The position numbers and the translations under genes are program-made. Of a stretch of DNA of 64,000 bases, positions 38,510-48,589 are shown piece by piece. The stretch is from a virus. Taxonomy: Duplodnaviria > Caudoviricetes. Numbering within the stretch: position 1 is the stretch's first letter; each line of letters starts with the position of its first letter. The notes under the pieces were generated by a model. The model was given only the letters and a program-made list of their open reading frames with translations, was not told where the DNA came from and made no database searches. The stretch covers positions 64,001 through 128,000 of the IMG/VR virus record IMGVR_UViG_3300009185_000001. The stretch is one strand, 5' to 3'.

Positions 38510-39985
38510 TCAAGTTTTTTTAACTTTAATATGTTTATAATCATTAAATTTTTCTATTGAAATTTCAAAGGACTTTAAATTTAAGTTAAACAATCCATTG
38601 TCTTTTAAATTTGTTTTTCCTGCAATTTCATCTTCTCTTATTTTTCCATTTTTTAAATGTGCTTCCCATTCTATAGGATTTTGTATTCGGGGTGTGTGTG
38701 GAACAGAATAAAACCTTCCAAACGGATATCTATACACATTTAATCCAGATTTTTTTACTCTTTCTCCTAATATATTGTCCTCAGAACCCCAACCCACACA
38801 ATTTATCGGATAACCATTTACTAACTCAAAATGTTCTCTTCTAAAAACAATCACACCACCCATAAGAGCAGCAGGATCTTCGATATAGTTGAACTGACTA
38901 CAATAAGTGCTCATGTGAACAGGATTTACAGGGTATGAGTAATCGGCAACCTCTGGCAATAAGTCTACATCATGAAAACAGTAGTAATCCGAATCAGGAT
39001 TTAATAAAAAAGCTATGTTATTAATAAGTCCTTTATTAAAAAGTTCATTATCATTTTGTTCTACTACTATTAATTCAAAATTCTCTACTTGTTTTGATAT
39101 ATAATCCTTCAATCTTGGTATTAACAAATCTAATGCCTTTTTCCTATCTCTATATGGTATGATAACAGAAAGTTTTTTGTTTTTATTTATAGTTTTTTTC
39201 CTGCTATAATTTGATTGTAAAAAGGAAAGAGTATTTTCTAATTCATTTTTACTAACAGGCTCTATTTGATTGGTAAAGTGTCCCCATTTTTTGACAAAAT
39301 GGTTTGCAGACCTTTCAACATTTTCTTTATAATTTTCTTTGTTGGTTATAGAAGAGTTATCGCTACTTCCTTCTATATCTGTTAAATAATCATTACTGTT
39401 CAACACGTCAGGGAAATACCAAAAAGGTGGGGCAACGTTTTTCTTTATTAAATTATATTCAAAATCCACATGTTCAAATGCATTTATATAGGATTCATCA
39501 AAATAACCTAATTTTTTAATAAGATTGGCATTTATATACATAAATGCCCCCTGTGGATTGTGATAAAATCCTACTTTTGTTCCGTCACACTGCTCTAAGG
39601 CATATTTTAATGTTTTTTCGTTACCTGCTACCTTTTCATAACACAAATGATGTATTCCTGTAGAGTTTGCAGTTTTGATATATTCATCAAATACATTTGA
39701 ATCTTTAATGATAATGTCATCTTCAACCAGAAATAGATACTCACAATCAAATTTTTCTATTAAAAAATGCAAAGCATGGTTTTTAGAAACAGAAACTCCC
39801 AATTGAGCATTGTGTTTTATGACATAATCACCATCTAATTCATTTACATATGAATTTTTGCCATCATTAACAATAACAAGAGCATCTATCCTGTCTCTTG
39901 GAATGCTTTTTAATACTTGAGAATAATACTCAGGTCTATTATAAGTTATAATCCCTACGCCAATTTTTCCGCATGGTTTTTCCAT
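38510..39985 (-). CDS. GT2 + GT7 (galactosyltransferase-like) fusion
   Basis: N-terminal GIITYNR...LVEDD...FEHVD; C-terminal VIIPYRDR, FNKG, FHDVDLLP, NGYP...GWGSED. Confidence 0.8.
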   Translation of the reverse strand: MEKPCGKIGVGIITYNRPEYYSQVLKSIPRDRIDALVIVNDGKNSYVNELDGDYVIKHNAQLGVSVSKNHALHFLIEKFDCEYLFLVEDDIIIKDSNVFDEYIKTANSTGIHHLCYEKVAGNEKTLKYALEQCDGTKVGFYHNPQGAFMYINANLIKKLGYFDESYINAFEHVDFEYNLIKKNVAPPFWYFPDVLNSNDYLTDIEGSSDNSSITNKENYKENVERSANHFVKKWGHFTNQIEPVSKNELENTLSFLQSNYSRKKTINKNKKLSVIIPYRDRKKALDLLIPRLKDYISKQVENFELIVVEQNDNELFNKGLINNIAFLLNPDSDYYCFHDVDLLPEVADYSYPVNPVHMSTYCSQFNYIEDPAALMGGVIVFRREHFELVNGYPINCVGWGSEDNILGERVKKSGLNVYRYPFGRFYSVPHTPRIQNPIEWEAHLKNGKIREDEIAGKTNLKDNGLFNLNLKSFEISIEKFNDYKHIKVKKT

Positions 39986-40806
39986 ATTTCTTGTAAATTT
40001 TTAACAACTTCTTCTTCTGTATATTCATTTTCTACTGGTCCATATCCCTGAACAACCGCAAAATTGTTTTTCTTAACAAATCTTTGATGGTTTTTTAAGA
40101 AATTTTCTGCAAAGTCTTCTTGAGATCTTATCTTGCTATTTTGATGATCAGGAACAATATCTTTAAGATAATTTTCCGCATCTTGCACGTCAGCAAACCA
40201 TCTAAAATGCGGATGGTATCCTGCTTTAATTATTTGATACGTGTGATCTACATGTTCCAGAGCATTATAAAATTGCTCGTCTATGAGTCCAACATCTTTC
40301 AAAGTATCTATATGATAATAACTAAATGCTCCTAATATATTTGGATATAGAACAATTTTAGTTTGATCCGGATAATTTATAATTCTTCTGGATACTGGAT
40401 CACCGTTTAAATTTCTATTGTGATTTCCATGAAGTCCAAAATTTAAATGTTTTATTCCGGTTGTCTTTGCTGCGTTAATATATAAATTAAAAATTTTATG
40501 ATCTAAAAGCTCAACATCATCTTCCATAAGAAAGACATGTTCACATTCAGAATCACTTAACCTTTTAAGTCCATAATTTTTCGCCTTTCCTACGCCTTCC
40601 TTTCCCTGAGTGTGTATGACTTCTACCCCTAATCCTTCATAAACGCTATTATCTCGTAAAGAAGGAGGGGTATCATCTATTACAATGAGCTTAAAAAAAC
40701 TACTTTCAAATGTATTGGTGTGTTTTAAGACGGATGTTAGGCTTTTTTGTAAAAAATTATAACGATCACACGTAATTAACGCTAAACCTATTTTATTTTT
40801 TTGCAT
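39955..40806 (-). CDS. GT2-like glycosyltransferase
   Basis: LITCDR, GVGKAKN, LMEDD, GLIDEQF...EHVDH. Confidence 0.75.
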   Translation of the reverse strand: MQKNKIGLALITCDRYNFLQKSLTSVLKHTNTFESSFFKLIVIDDTPPSLRDNSVYEGLGVEVIHTQGKEGVGKAKNYGLKRLSDSECEHVFLMEDDVELLDHKIFNLYINAAKTTGIKHLNFGLHGNHNRNLNGDPVSRRIINYPDQTKIVLYPNILGAFSYYHIDTLKDVGLIDEQFYNALEHVDHTYQIIKAGYHPHFRWFADVQDAENYLKDIVPDHQNSKIRSQEDFAENFLKNHQRFVKKNNFAVVQGYGPVENEYTEEEVVKNLQEIWKNHAEKLA

Positions 40807-41545
40807 AATTCTTTTGTAATGTTTCTAATGAATGCAATAATTGTTCTTGTGTAACTCCAGTTGGATCATTTTGACCGGGTATGTACTTGTTATTGTGAAC
40901 AAAATACGCATACGACAAAGCAACGCTTCTATGGGTATCTGGAAGTTCTCTGTGTCCTATTCTTTTAATTGAATTGTAGCTTTTCTTCAATCCTTCTCCA
41001 ATTGTTGGATGGTAATTGTCAGGAAGATATACTCCTTTTTTACGCAATCTTATTACGTAATCCAAAACATCCAAATCTTTTGTATTGTAGAATCTTTCAT
41101 CGAAATATCCATTATTACTGATAATACCGGAAAGCATGAACATAAATTCACTATTAAGTTCCGGTGAAGCATATAGAGTTGCTCCGCTATTCTCATCTTC
41201 CAACGGAAGACCATGCTTTCCATCACCTAGAATAAACCAAGTACCAAATACTTCTCCTAGTTTAATAGTATTTTCAAAAATCTTAGGATCATCTACTATT
41301 TGATTTGAGTGAAGTAAGAAAAAGTATTTGTATTTTTTAATTCTAAACTGAGAAATCAACCAGTTTCTTAGGGTTGCCATGGAAACTTCTCCATATACTC
41401 TATACTGATCGTTTACCATTTTATTTTTTGTTGATGAAACAACAAAAACGTTCTCTTTCAGTTCTGTTGGTATTGAAGAGTAACAAGAATCCAAGTCTTC
41501 TTGTTCATATATATCAATAATTCCTATTCCTATTTTATCATTCAT
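40793..41545 (-). CDS. Divergent GT2-like protein
   Basis: IGIGII start and GYFDERF resemble the neighbouring GT2 paralogues, but the DxD is not evident (LHSNQ). Confidence 0.45.
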   Translation of the reverse strand: MNDKIGIGIIDIYEQEDLDSCYSSIPTELKENVFVVSSTKNKMVNDQYRVYGEVSMATLRNWLISQFRIKKYKYFFLLHSNQIVDDPKIFENTIKLGEVFGTWFILGDGKHGLPLEDENSGATLYASPELNSEFMFMLSGIISNNGYFDERFYNTKDLDVLDYVIRLRKKGVYLPDNYHPTIGEGLKKSYNSIKRIGHRELPDTHRSVALSYAYFVHNNKYIPGQNDPTGVTQEQLLHSLETLQKNYAKK

Positions 41546-42591
41546 GCTATTAGTTCTTTGTATAAATTGTTTAGATAGTCTATGATATCAGATTTATGCT
41601 CAATGTCTATCGAGTTTACAAAATCTTCTATATTTTTCTCCATGTCTAAAAGATTATAATCTATAATGTCAGAATTTTCAAGTTTTTCCTCCACAACAGA
41701 TTTATAATCAAGTTTAAATACCTTTGGATTATATTTTTGTATATTTGCAGTTAATAAATCTATTTTATTATTTGGAATTTCTTCATCTATTATCAAAGAT
41801 ACCATATTATTTGGTACATTATTCTTTAAATAGTCACCATCCTGTGTTTTATCACGCAATTTACTTAAAAATATCTTTATATGTTTAGGCGAAATCGTAT
41901 TTTCTACAAATTTCAATTCTTCGGTTTCTATATTGAAAATATAAATTCCTCTATCATCACCTGAATCTCCATAGTTCTGCTGGAACGGACTTCCTACATA
42001 AACAATTCTACCTTTATTGTATTTTCTATCATCCTTCTTGTGAAAGTGACCAGAAAACACCAATGGAGATTTTTCTAAAATATTTGATGATTCAAACCCA
42101 TGATCACACGTTTTAAAGTTATTCATATAGAAACTTTGAATTTCAAAATGTCCAAAGCAAATATCAGATTTAGGAATATCTTGAATTGAAGTTCCCCAAG
42201 GAATCAAAGAAATTTTTTTGTTCTTATATTCTATAATAAGAGGTTCTTTATCAACAATAGTAATATTTTTCCACCCTTTTAGTATGCTGACTGAATTAAC
42301 ATCAGACCTGTCTTTGTAAAAACTGTCATGATTTCCAACCGAAATAAAAATTTTAAAATCCTTTAAAATTTCAAAAAATTCATTAGCAACCGAAATGGTA
42401 TTAACGCCTATTTCACTTCTATTGTGAAATATATCACCTGGAATAATAATATCATTTATTCCTGCTTCGGAATAAACTTTGGTAGCCCATTTAGCAAAAT
42501 CCAAAACAATATCGTGCCATGTCGAGCTATCTTGACCTAATCCTATATGAATATCCGAAAATATTCCTATGTTTTTACCTTTTAAAATCAT
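41542..42591 (-). CDS. gp47: Recombination endonuclease nuclease subunit gp47 (Mre11/SbcD-like)
   Basis: SDIHIG, PGDIFHNR, GNHDS, FGHFE, SGHFH, YVGSP. Confidence 0.92.
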   Translation of the reverse strand: MILKGKNIGIFSDIHIGLGQDSSTWHDIVLDFAKWATKVYSEAGINDIIIPGDIFHNRSEIGVNTISVANEFFEILKDFKIFISVGNHDSFYKDRSDVNSVSILKGWKNITIVDKEPLIIEYKNKKISLIPWGTSIQDIPKSDICFGHFEIQSFYMNNFKTCDHGFESSNILEKSPLVFSGHFHKKDDRKYNKGRIVYVGSPFQQNYGDSGDDRGIYIFNIETEELKFVENTISPKHIKIFLSKLRDKTQDGDYLKNNVPNNMVSLIIDEEIPNNKIDLLTANIQKYNPKVFKLDYKSVVEEKLENSDIIDYNLLDMEKNIEDFVNSIDIEHKSDIIDYLNNLYKELIA

Positions 42592-43226
42592 TCTCTGTTT
42601 ATACTATTCGTTTTATTATTTTTTACAAGATTATTATAGCCTTCAGAAAACATTAAAAATTCATTTTTATACTTTTCATGAGTTTCATGTATATGTTTTT
42701 CCTTTTTAATTCTATTTCTAAATGCATTGAATGCAATTCTTGTAAAATATGAAAAGGGATTTGTTCCTTTTGTGTGATTATATTTTTTAGACATCAATGC
42801 TTTAAACATTCTGATGACACCATCTCCTACCATCTCTTCTCTGTATGAGTAGTTGATAAAATTAGGAGCATAGCTTAGTTTGTGAGCAATCTTGCTGACC
42901 ATTTCTGCTAATTCATTAGAAAGTACTCCACTTTCATAATATTCCAAGATTTTAGTATCAAAATTTTTTGGATCTACATAAAACTTTTCTTTATCTGTCT
43001 TTTTTTTGTTCTTAGGTTTTCTATCATAATCGATTTTGATTTCTACCTCTTCATCATCTTCATCTTTACTAACAATTTTATCATCATCTAATCGATCTTC
43101 GTCGAAATCATCACTTTCTTGTTTTAGATCTAACCCTAAATACTCGGCTTCTTCTTCTGAGTATTCGATGAAATCATCATTTTTTAATGCTTTTGCTTTA
43201 CGATATGCTTTTCTCTGTGTATTCAT
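42588..43226 (-). CDS. gp55: Late-transcription sigma factor gp55
   Basis: KIAHKLSYAPNFINYSYREEMVGDG...NPFSYFTRIAFNAFRNRIKKEK. Confidence 0.9.
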   Translation of the reverse strand: MNTQRKAYRKAKALKNDDFIEYSEEEAEYLGLDLKQESDDFDEDRLDDDKIVSKDEDDEEVEIKIDYDRKPKNKKKTDKEKFYVDPKNFDTKILEYYESGVLSNELAEMVSKIAHKLSYAPNFINYSYREEMVGDGVIRMFKALMSKKYNHTKGTNPFSYFTRIAFNAFRNRIKKEKHIHETHEKYKNEFLMFSEGYNNLVKNNKTNSINRE

Positions 43227-44613
43227 AATTTTCTGTGTTGTATAATTTTTTTCTTTCTATTAAATGTAATTTTGCGTATTTCGTATTATCTGAAATATCA
43301 AATATGTTTGCCATTGTTTTGGTTGGGTGCAATCGAAGTGCTCTTCCAATGGATTGCATAATTTTTATTTTTGCTTTTCCTGCTGAAGCAAAAATAATGT
43401 TGTGAAGATTTGGAATGTTGATTCCTGTGCTAAAAATTTTTGAAATTGCTATAATGATGACATCATTTCTATCATTCATAAGAGATCTTATCTCTTCTCG
43501 ATCTTGCATCTCTGTAGATCCTCTAATAAAATATATAGGTTTTTTATCCTTAGTTATTTCTTTTATGATGCTTTCTAAAATTTCTCCATGTGCTAACCTA
43601 TCGACCATTATAAGAGTGTTATTTGTCAATTTATCTGCTAATTTACAGATGATTTGATTTCTTCTTTCACTATTAATGATAAATTCCAATTCATTTTCAT
43701 ACGAAGCAGTAGGATTCAATGATGTTGCTTGTTTTGGTCGTGCGGTATGCTGTACATTTAGTATAACAATTTTAAAATTAGAAATATATTGTTGGTTTTT
43801 TAATGTTTGGGTCTTTTGTTCAAAGGTTATCGGTCCTAATTTGCCTATAATATTCCACTGATCTATTTTGCATGTAGGCATTGTACCAGTAAATCCGAAT
43901 TTATAAGGGGTTTTTAACAATTTTAAAATTTTATTGATTTCATTACCCTTTTTTAACGAATGGCACTCATCCTTTATCAACAATTTTACATCTGCTAATA
44001 TGGACAAATTAGTTTTTTCACTTAATAAAAACTGAGTACCTGCAACAATTATGTTTGCATTGGTATCGAGCTTGTTATTGCCTGACCACTTCGTTACTTT
44101 TGTTAAGCCGTAGGAAATAAAATCATTTGCCGTCTGTTCTACCAACTGTATAGAGGGTACAGTAACCAACACTAAGGCATCTGGATCGTTCGTGGTTTCT
44201 CTGAAGCTCTCAATCAGTCCTGCACATATCAATGTCTTTCCTCCAGCGGTAGGAATGATGGTGACACCCCTTCCTTGCTTGATTGCTGCTGTTATAGATT
44301 GCTCCTGATATTCTCGATAGTCTATAGAAAGTTTCTTTATGATTGGAGTTTCAAATCCACATGAAAATTCTTTTTTTAAATCCTTGGAAACACCATATTG
44401 ATAGTTAGAATGTTCAAGATATTTTATAATTTCACCTAGTAAACCCACTTCAAACTTTCCGCTAGGAGTTATTGAATAGAGTCTACTAGAAACATACGGA
44501 ACATTTTTTCTAAAAGCAGGATTTGCTATGGAAAAGTTTTCTCTCAATAGACTCAAAACGTCACTATCCGCAATTATCTGACCACTGTTTTTTATTAGAG
44601 AAAGTTCTATCAT
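43198..44613 (-). CDS. uvsW: SF2 helicase UvsW
   Basis: YREYQ, PTAGGKT, DECH, GFTGT, FSTGINIPNLH, QSIGRALR. Confidence 0.92.
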   Translation of the reverse strand: MIELSLIKNSGQIIADSDVLSLLRENFSIANPAFRKNVPYVSSRLYSITPSGKFEVGLLGEIIKYLEHSNYQYGVSKDLKKEFSCGFETPIIKKLSIDYREYQEQSITAAIKQGRGVTIIPTAGGKTLICAGLIESFRETTNDPDALVLVTVPSIQLVEQTANDFISYGLTKVTKWSGNNKLDTNANIIVAGTQFLLSEKTNLSILADVKLLIKDECHSLKKGNEINKILKLLKTPYKFGFTGTMPTCKIDQWNIIGKLGPITFEQKTQTLKNQQYISNFKIVILNVQHTARPKQATSLNPTASYENELEFIINSERRNQIICKLADKLTNNTLIMVDRLAHGEILESIIKEITKDKKPIYFIRGSTEMQDREEIRSLMNDRNDVIIIAISKIFSTGINIPNLHNIIFASAGKAKIKIMQSIGRALRLHPTKTMANIFDISDNTKYAKLHLIERKKLYNTENYEYTEKSIS

Positions 44614-45005
44614 TAGGTTGTTTCGAGCTTTGTAATTTCGACAATATTTTTCAAATCGTAGGTCATGCTTCTAAATATCAGTTCAACTTTTTCCAAATAT
44701 TCAATTATGATTTCAACTTCTTCTATATCTTCTTGAATTTTTAAAACAACATCTGAAGAATTTATTTTGCTATCAAGGCTTGCCTTGGGAATACCTGTTG
44801 GAATTCCTTTTTCTTTTAAAGAATCCAACACAGAATCTTTTATTGTTTTTTTCTTTCTATTCAAAGAATTCAATTTTCTTTTATATTCAATCAACCGAGC
44901 AACCCACTTATGTCGAATTGCAGGTAGCATCATTTGTTTGTCTAAAAGATTTATTTGATCTATTTTAGTATCTTCTTGTAATTCTTTGTTAAATTCTTCA
45001 AACAT
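44613..45005 (-). CDS. uvsY: Recombination mediator UvsY
   Basis: 130-aa helical protein directly upstream of uvsW; IDQINL...KW...YLEKV...YDLKNIVE. Confidence 0.7.
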   Translation of the reverse strand: MFEEFNKELQEDTKIDQINLLDKQMMLPAIRHKWVARLIEYKRKLNSLNRKKKTIKDSVLDSLKEKGIPTGIPKASLDSKINSSDVVLKIQEDIEEVEIIIEYLEKVELIFRSMTYDLKNIVEITKLETT

Positions 45006-45033
45006 CTTTATAAGTATTTTTTAAATATAACAT

Positions 45034-45297
45034 ATGTTTAAGAAATTTCAAATATTAGTTGATACTATTTTAGAAAATATGAATAGTGCAGGTGCTGGAG
45101 GAGCATTTGGAACTCCACAACAAGCTTCATACAATCCACCTACAAATGTAAACAGTGGAGATTCTATAGCTACAGGAGATGGTCGTAATATATTTGGAGG
45201 TTACTTGCCATTAGAAACTAAAAACAAAAAAAAATCAAAAAAGAAAAATAAAAACCCATTAATGATTCGTAGAAAACTTTCTAGAAAGGATATGTAA
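45034..45297 (+). CDS. Small late protein, possibly an internal head protein
   Basis: TAAATA 6 nt upstream; N-terminus ends in ILE; Gly-rich middle; basic tail. Confidence 0.45.
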   Translation: MFKKFQILVDTILENMNSAGAGGAFGTPQQASYNPPTNVNSGDSIATGDGRNIFGGYLPLETKNKKKSKKKNKNPLMIRRKLSRKDM

Positions 45298-45731
45298 TGG
45301 ACTCTGGACATTGGATTTTAGAGGAAAATGTAAATTTAGACGAAAAAACATTTGGATTCATATATTCAATTATTAATAACGTCACAAATAAAAAATATAT
45401 TGGAAAAAAACAATGTATTTCTAGAATTAAAAGAAAGCCCTTAAAAGGACAAAAAAGAAATCGAATTGATTTTAAACCTTCAGATTGGAAGTCATATACC
45501 AGTTCTTCAAATGATCTAAATGAAGATATTAAAATTTATGGAAAAGAAAATTTTTCATTCAAAATTTTAAAAACATGTGGTTCTAAGTGGGAATTGGCTT
45601 ATGAAGAAATAAAAAAACAAATAGAAGAAGATGTTTTACTTCGAGATGATTACTATAATGGAATAATTAATGTGAGAATAGGTACTCCTCCTAAAGATAT
45701 TTTAAACAATTTTACTAAATATACAAAATGA
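45297..45731 (+). CDS. GIY-YIG endonuclease (Seg/DenA-like)
   Basis: FGFIYSIINNVTNKKYIGKK...DWKSYTSSS...YEE...YYNG. Confidence 0.8.
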   Translation: MDSGHWILEENVNLDEKTFGFIYSIINNVTNKKYIGKKQCISRIKRKPLKGQKRNRIDFKPSDWKSYTSSSNDLNEDIKIYGKENFSFKILKTCGSKWELAYEEIKKQIEEDVLLRDDYYNGIINVRIGTPPKDILNNFTKYTK

Positions 45732-46288
45732 ATAAAACATCTTGCATTTATTGCGGTTCAGAAAGTTATGGAAAGGGTTGTATGTATTCCCCAACCGATA
45801 CTCATGTTCATATGGATGCTCCTAAAAAATGTATATATTGTGGATCTGAATCACTTGGAAGTGGTTGCATGTTTAATCCATATGGAAATGTTCATGTTAA
45901 AGGTCCGGAATTTTTAAATAGATCTGCCATTAAAACTGAAAAAGCAGCTGTTTTGACATATATTTTGAATATGGCTAGTTCATTGCTTTCGGAAAACAAC
46001 ATGTACAAGTCTCCTTTGGATCGATTGTACAAAAGAATGGCTTCTATCATAGCTTCTGCAACAGAACCTCTCTTAGAGGCATTCTGTTTGCAGGAATCGC
46101 CATCTTACGGAAAGCTTGATAAGACTCAACTCATAAAAACGGTAGATTTTAAAAACAAATTCAGAAAACAATTGGAAGAATTTTCAAAAACAGTTTCTGA
46201 AGCTTCTTTGGAATTACCTCAAGAAATTGTTGAAAAAGTCGTAATGGATGCTATAATCAGTATAGATGTCCGAAAAATTAAAGATTAA
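45728..46288 (+). CDS. Hypothetical protein with two tandem Cys/His metal-binding repeats
   Basis: CIYCGSESYGKGCMYSPTDTHVH and CIYCGSESLGSGCMFNPYGNVHV. Confidence 0.55.
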   Translation: MNKTSCIYCGSESYGKGCMYSPTDTHVHMDAPKKCIYCGSESLGSGCMFNPYGNVHVKGPEFLNRSAIKTEKAAVLTYILNMASSLLSENNMYKSPLDRLYKRMASIIASATEPLLEAFCLQESPSYGKLDKTQLIKTVDFKNKFRKQLEEFSKTVSEASLELPQEIVEKVVMDAIISIDVRKIKD

Positions 46289-46745
46289 AGATTTTTTAAT
46301 ATATTATATCTCTCAAAGAGTTATAATATTCCCAATTTACGAATATCTTCCTATTATTGCTAATAATATTATAAGAGATTTTGAAGAATGGGATCTTCTA
46401 AAAGACAAAAAAATTACTCAGAAGGAGAAATATTTTAAATTTTTTCTAGAAAAAGAACTTGACAAGCTCTTAGAAACCTTTATTATAATTTTTAAGGATT
46501 TAAATATTAAAATATTTACAATATATAAAAAAGATACTTCTTTATCTTCTGAATATTCTAAATATTTTATAAATCATAATGAATTTGGTAATATTGTGAA
46601 AAATATAATAAAAAAGAAAACAAAATATTTTAAAGAAATTAATAATAATTCTTTATTTAATAATATTGAAGGATATTATAAAAATATAAGAGTAGGAATT
46701 CCAGATGGTGATGATATGGAGTTTTTTTCGAAGTATTTTAACTAA
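46266..46745 (+). CDS. Hypothetical protein
   Basis: 159-aa ORF in tight operon packing. Confidence 0.4.
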   Translation: MSEKLKIKDFLIYYISQRVIIFPIYEYLPIIANNIIRDFEEWDLLKDKKITQKEKYFKFFLEKELDKLLETFIIIFKDLNIKIFTIYKKDTSLSSEYSKYFINHNEFGNIVKNIIKKKTKYFKEINNNSLFNNIEGYYKNIRVGIPDGDDMEFFSKYFN

Positions 46746-46748
46746 ACT

Positions 46749-47678
46749 ATGAAACAATATTCAATTTTTCACATTGATGGAGGTTGCGGAAAATCTATAA
46801 TTGCTACTTCTGTAGTAAAATCTATAAAATCTGCATATCCAGAACATGAATTAATAGTTGTAACCTCATATCCAGAGGTATTTTTACATAATCCTAATGT
46901 TTTTAGAGTATATAAATTTGGAAATATTCCTTATTTTTATGATGATTACATAAAAAACAAAGATTCTAAAATATTCAGAATGGAACCGTATCATTCTGGA
47001 GATCTTTTATATAGAAAAAAACATTTAGCAGAAATTTGGTGTGATATATTCAATATTCCATGTATTTCTACTAAACCAGAACTCTTTCTAACTGAAAGAG
47101 AGTTGATGTTTGTTCAAAATATTTTAAATAAGCAAGGTCCAATACTCACAATTCAATCTTCAGGAGGTGCTGAAAATCAAAAAATACCATATTCTTGGTC
47201 TAGAGATCTTCCAATATCATTTACAGCAGAAATTGTTGATTCTATTAAAGATAAATTTGATAAAATACTTCATATTAAGAGAGAAAATCAACAAACTTTT
47301 CAAAATACTATTCCAGTAACAGATAATTTTAGAAATTTGTTCTGTTATATTGCATTATCAGACAAGTTTTTATGTATAGATTCATTTGCTCAACATGCAG
47401 CAGCGGCTTTAAACAAAAATGCTACTGTTGGATGGATTTCAAACTCTCCAAAAGTATTTGGACATGAAATTCATACAAATATTGTAGTAGATAAAGAAGA
47501 ATTGTTTCGTCATAGAATAGATTCATACTTAGAATCTGATGATTGGACAGGTGGTAGGCTACATGAATGTCCATATAACAATATTAATAAACTATTTGAC
47601 AAAGATGTTTTTATAGAATCAATTTTAGGTTCAAAAAATGAGTTGTTTTTTGATTTGAATCCTACTATAGTGTTTTAA
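46749..47678 (+). CDS. GT9 (heptosyltransferase-like) glycosyltransferase
   Basis: GGCGKSIIATSVVKSIK..YPEHELIVVT.YPEVF.HNP, LCIDSFAQHAAAAL. Confidence 0.7.
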   Translation: MKQYSIFHIDGGCGKSIIATSVVKSIKSAYPEHELIVVTSYPEVFLHNPNVFRVYKFGNIPYFYDDYIKNKDSKIFRMEPYHSGDLLYRKKHLAEIWCDIFNIPCISTKPELFLTERELMFVQNILNKQGPILTIQSSGGAENQKIPYSWSRDLPISFTAEIVDSIKDKFDKILHIKRENQQTFQNTIPVTDNFRNLFCYIALSDKFLCIDSFAQHAAAALNKNATVGWISNSPKVFGHEIHTNIVVDKEELFRHRIDSYLESDDWTGGRLHECPYNNINKLFDKDVFIESILGSKNELFFDLNPTIVF

Positions 47679-47681
47679 TAT

Positions 47682-48503
47682 ATGATATTTTTCAATTCTT
47701 CAATGCCAAGAAGCATGTCAACGCTTCTGCAATGTATTCTTAATCAAAATCCAACCATAACAGCAACTCCTACTGATCCAGTTCTCGAATATCTGTATGG
47801 AGCTAGAATGAACTTTACAAATTCTCCAGAAGTTAAGGCTATTGATAAGAATTTAGCAATAAACGCATGGAGAGGATTTTGTTGGGGTGGTTTGGAAGGA
47901 TATGCAAGTTCATATTCAGAAAAATCTAATATTTGCATAAAAACAAGAGGCGGTACTATTCATTATAAATGGTTTGAGGCATTTATGCCATATAAACCAA
48001 AGATGATATGCATGGTAAGAAACTTAAAGAGTATTATTTCATCCATGGAAAAAATTTATCGTAAAAACCAAGAAAATCACCAATCAATTCAAAATCATGC
48101 AGAGATGTCTGGTACGATCACTGCAAAAAGAGTAGATTCATGGTTTGCATCACCACCAGTAGGACTTGCATTGGAGCGTTTAGAGCAGTGTTTTCTAGAG
48201 GGCATTAATAAAGATGTTGTATATGTCAGAGCAGAGGATTTAACAAACAATCCTCAACAAGAACTTAATAAAATTTACAATTATCTTGGACTAGAATCAT
48301 TTCAACATAATTTTAAAAACGTTGAGCAGTCCATTAAAGAAGATGATTCTGTATATGGTCTTACTAGTGATCTGCACACTATTAGAAGTGAAGTGATTCC
48401 CTTAAATACGGATTATAAGGAAGTTTTAGGCAAAGATATTTGTAATTGGATTGATAAGACGTATTATAACTATCAAAAAAGATTTGGCTATATTAATTTT
48501 TAA
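47682..48503 (+). CDS. PAPS-dependent sulfotransferase
   Basis: 5'-PSB-like SMPRSMSTLL, 3'-PB-like ICMVRNLKSIISS, VRAEDL..NPQQELNKIYNYLG. Confidence 0.8.
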   Translation: MIFFNSSMPRSMSTLLQCILNQNPTITATPTDPVLEYLYGARMNFTNSPEVKAIDKNLAINAWRGFCWGGLEGYASSYSEKSNICIKTRGGTIHYKWFEAFMPYKPKMICMVRNLKSIISSMEKIYRKNQENHQSIQNHAEMSGTITAKRVDSWFASPPVGLALERLEQCFLEGINKDVVYVRAEDLTNNPQQELNKIYNYLGLESFQHNFKNVEQSIKEDDSVYGLTSDLHTIRSEVIPLNTDYKEVLGKDICNWIDKTYYNYQKRFGYINF

Positions 48504-48544
48504 TTAAATATCCGATTAATATTATTTTAACTTTAATATATATT

Positions 48545-48566
48545 AGATGGTGCATATGCACCATCT
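48545..48566. repeat. Perfect 22-bp palindrome between convergent genes
   Basis: agatggtgcatatgcaccatct is its own reverse complement. Confidence 0.85.
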
Positions 48567-48589
48567 GATCATTATTATAATACGTTTTT

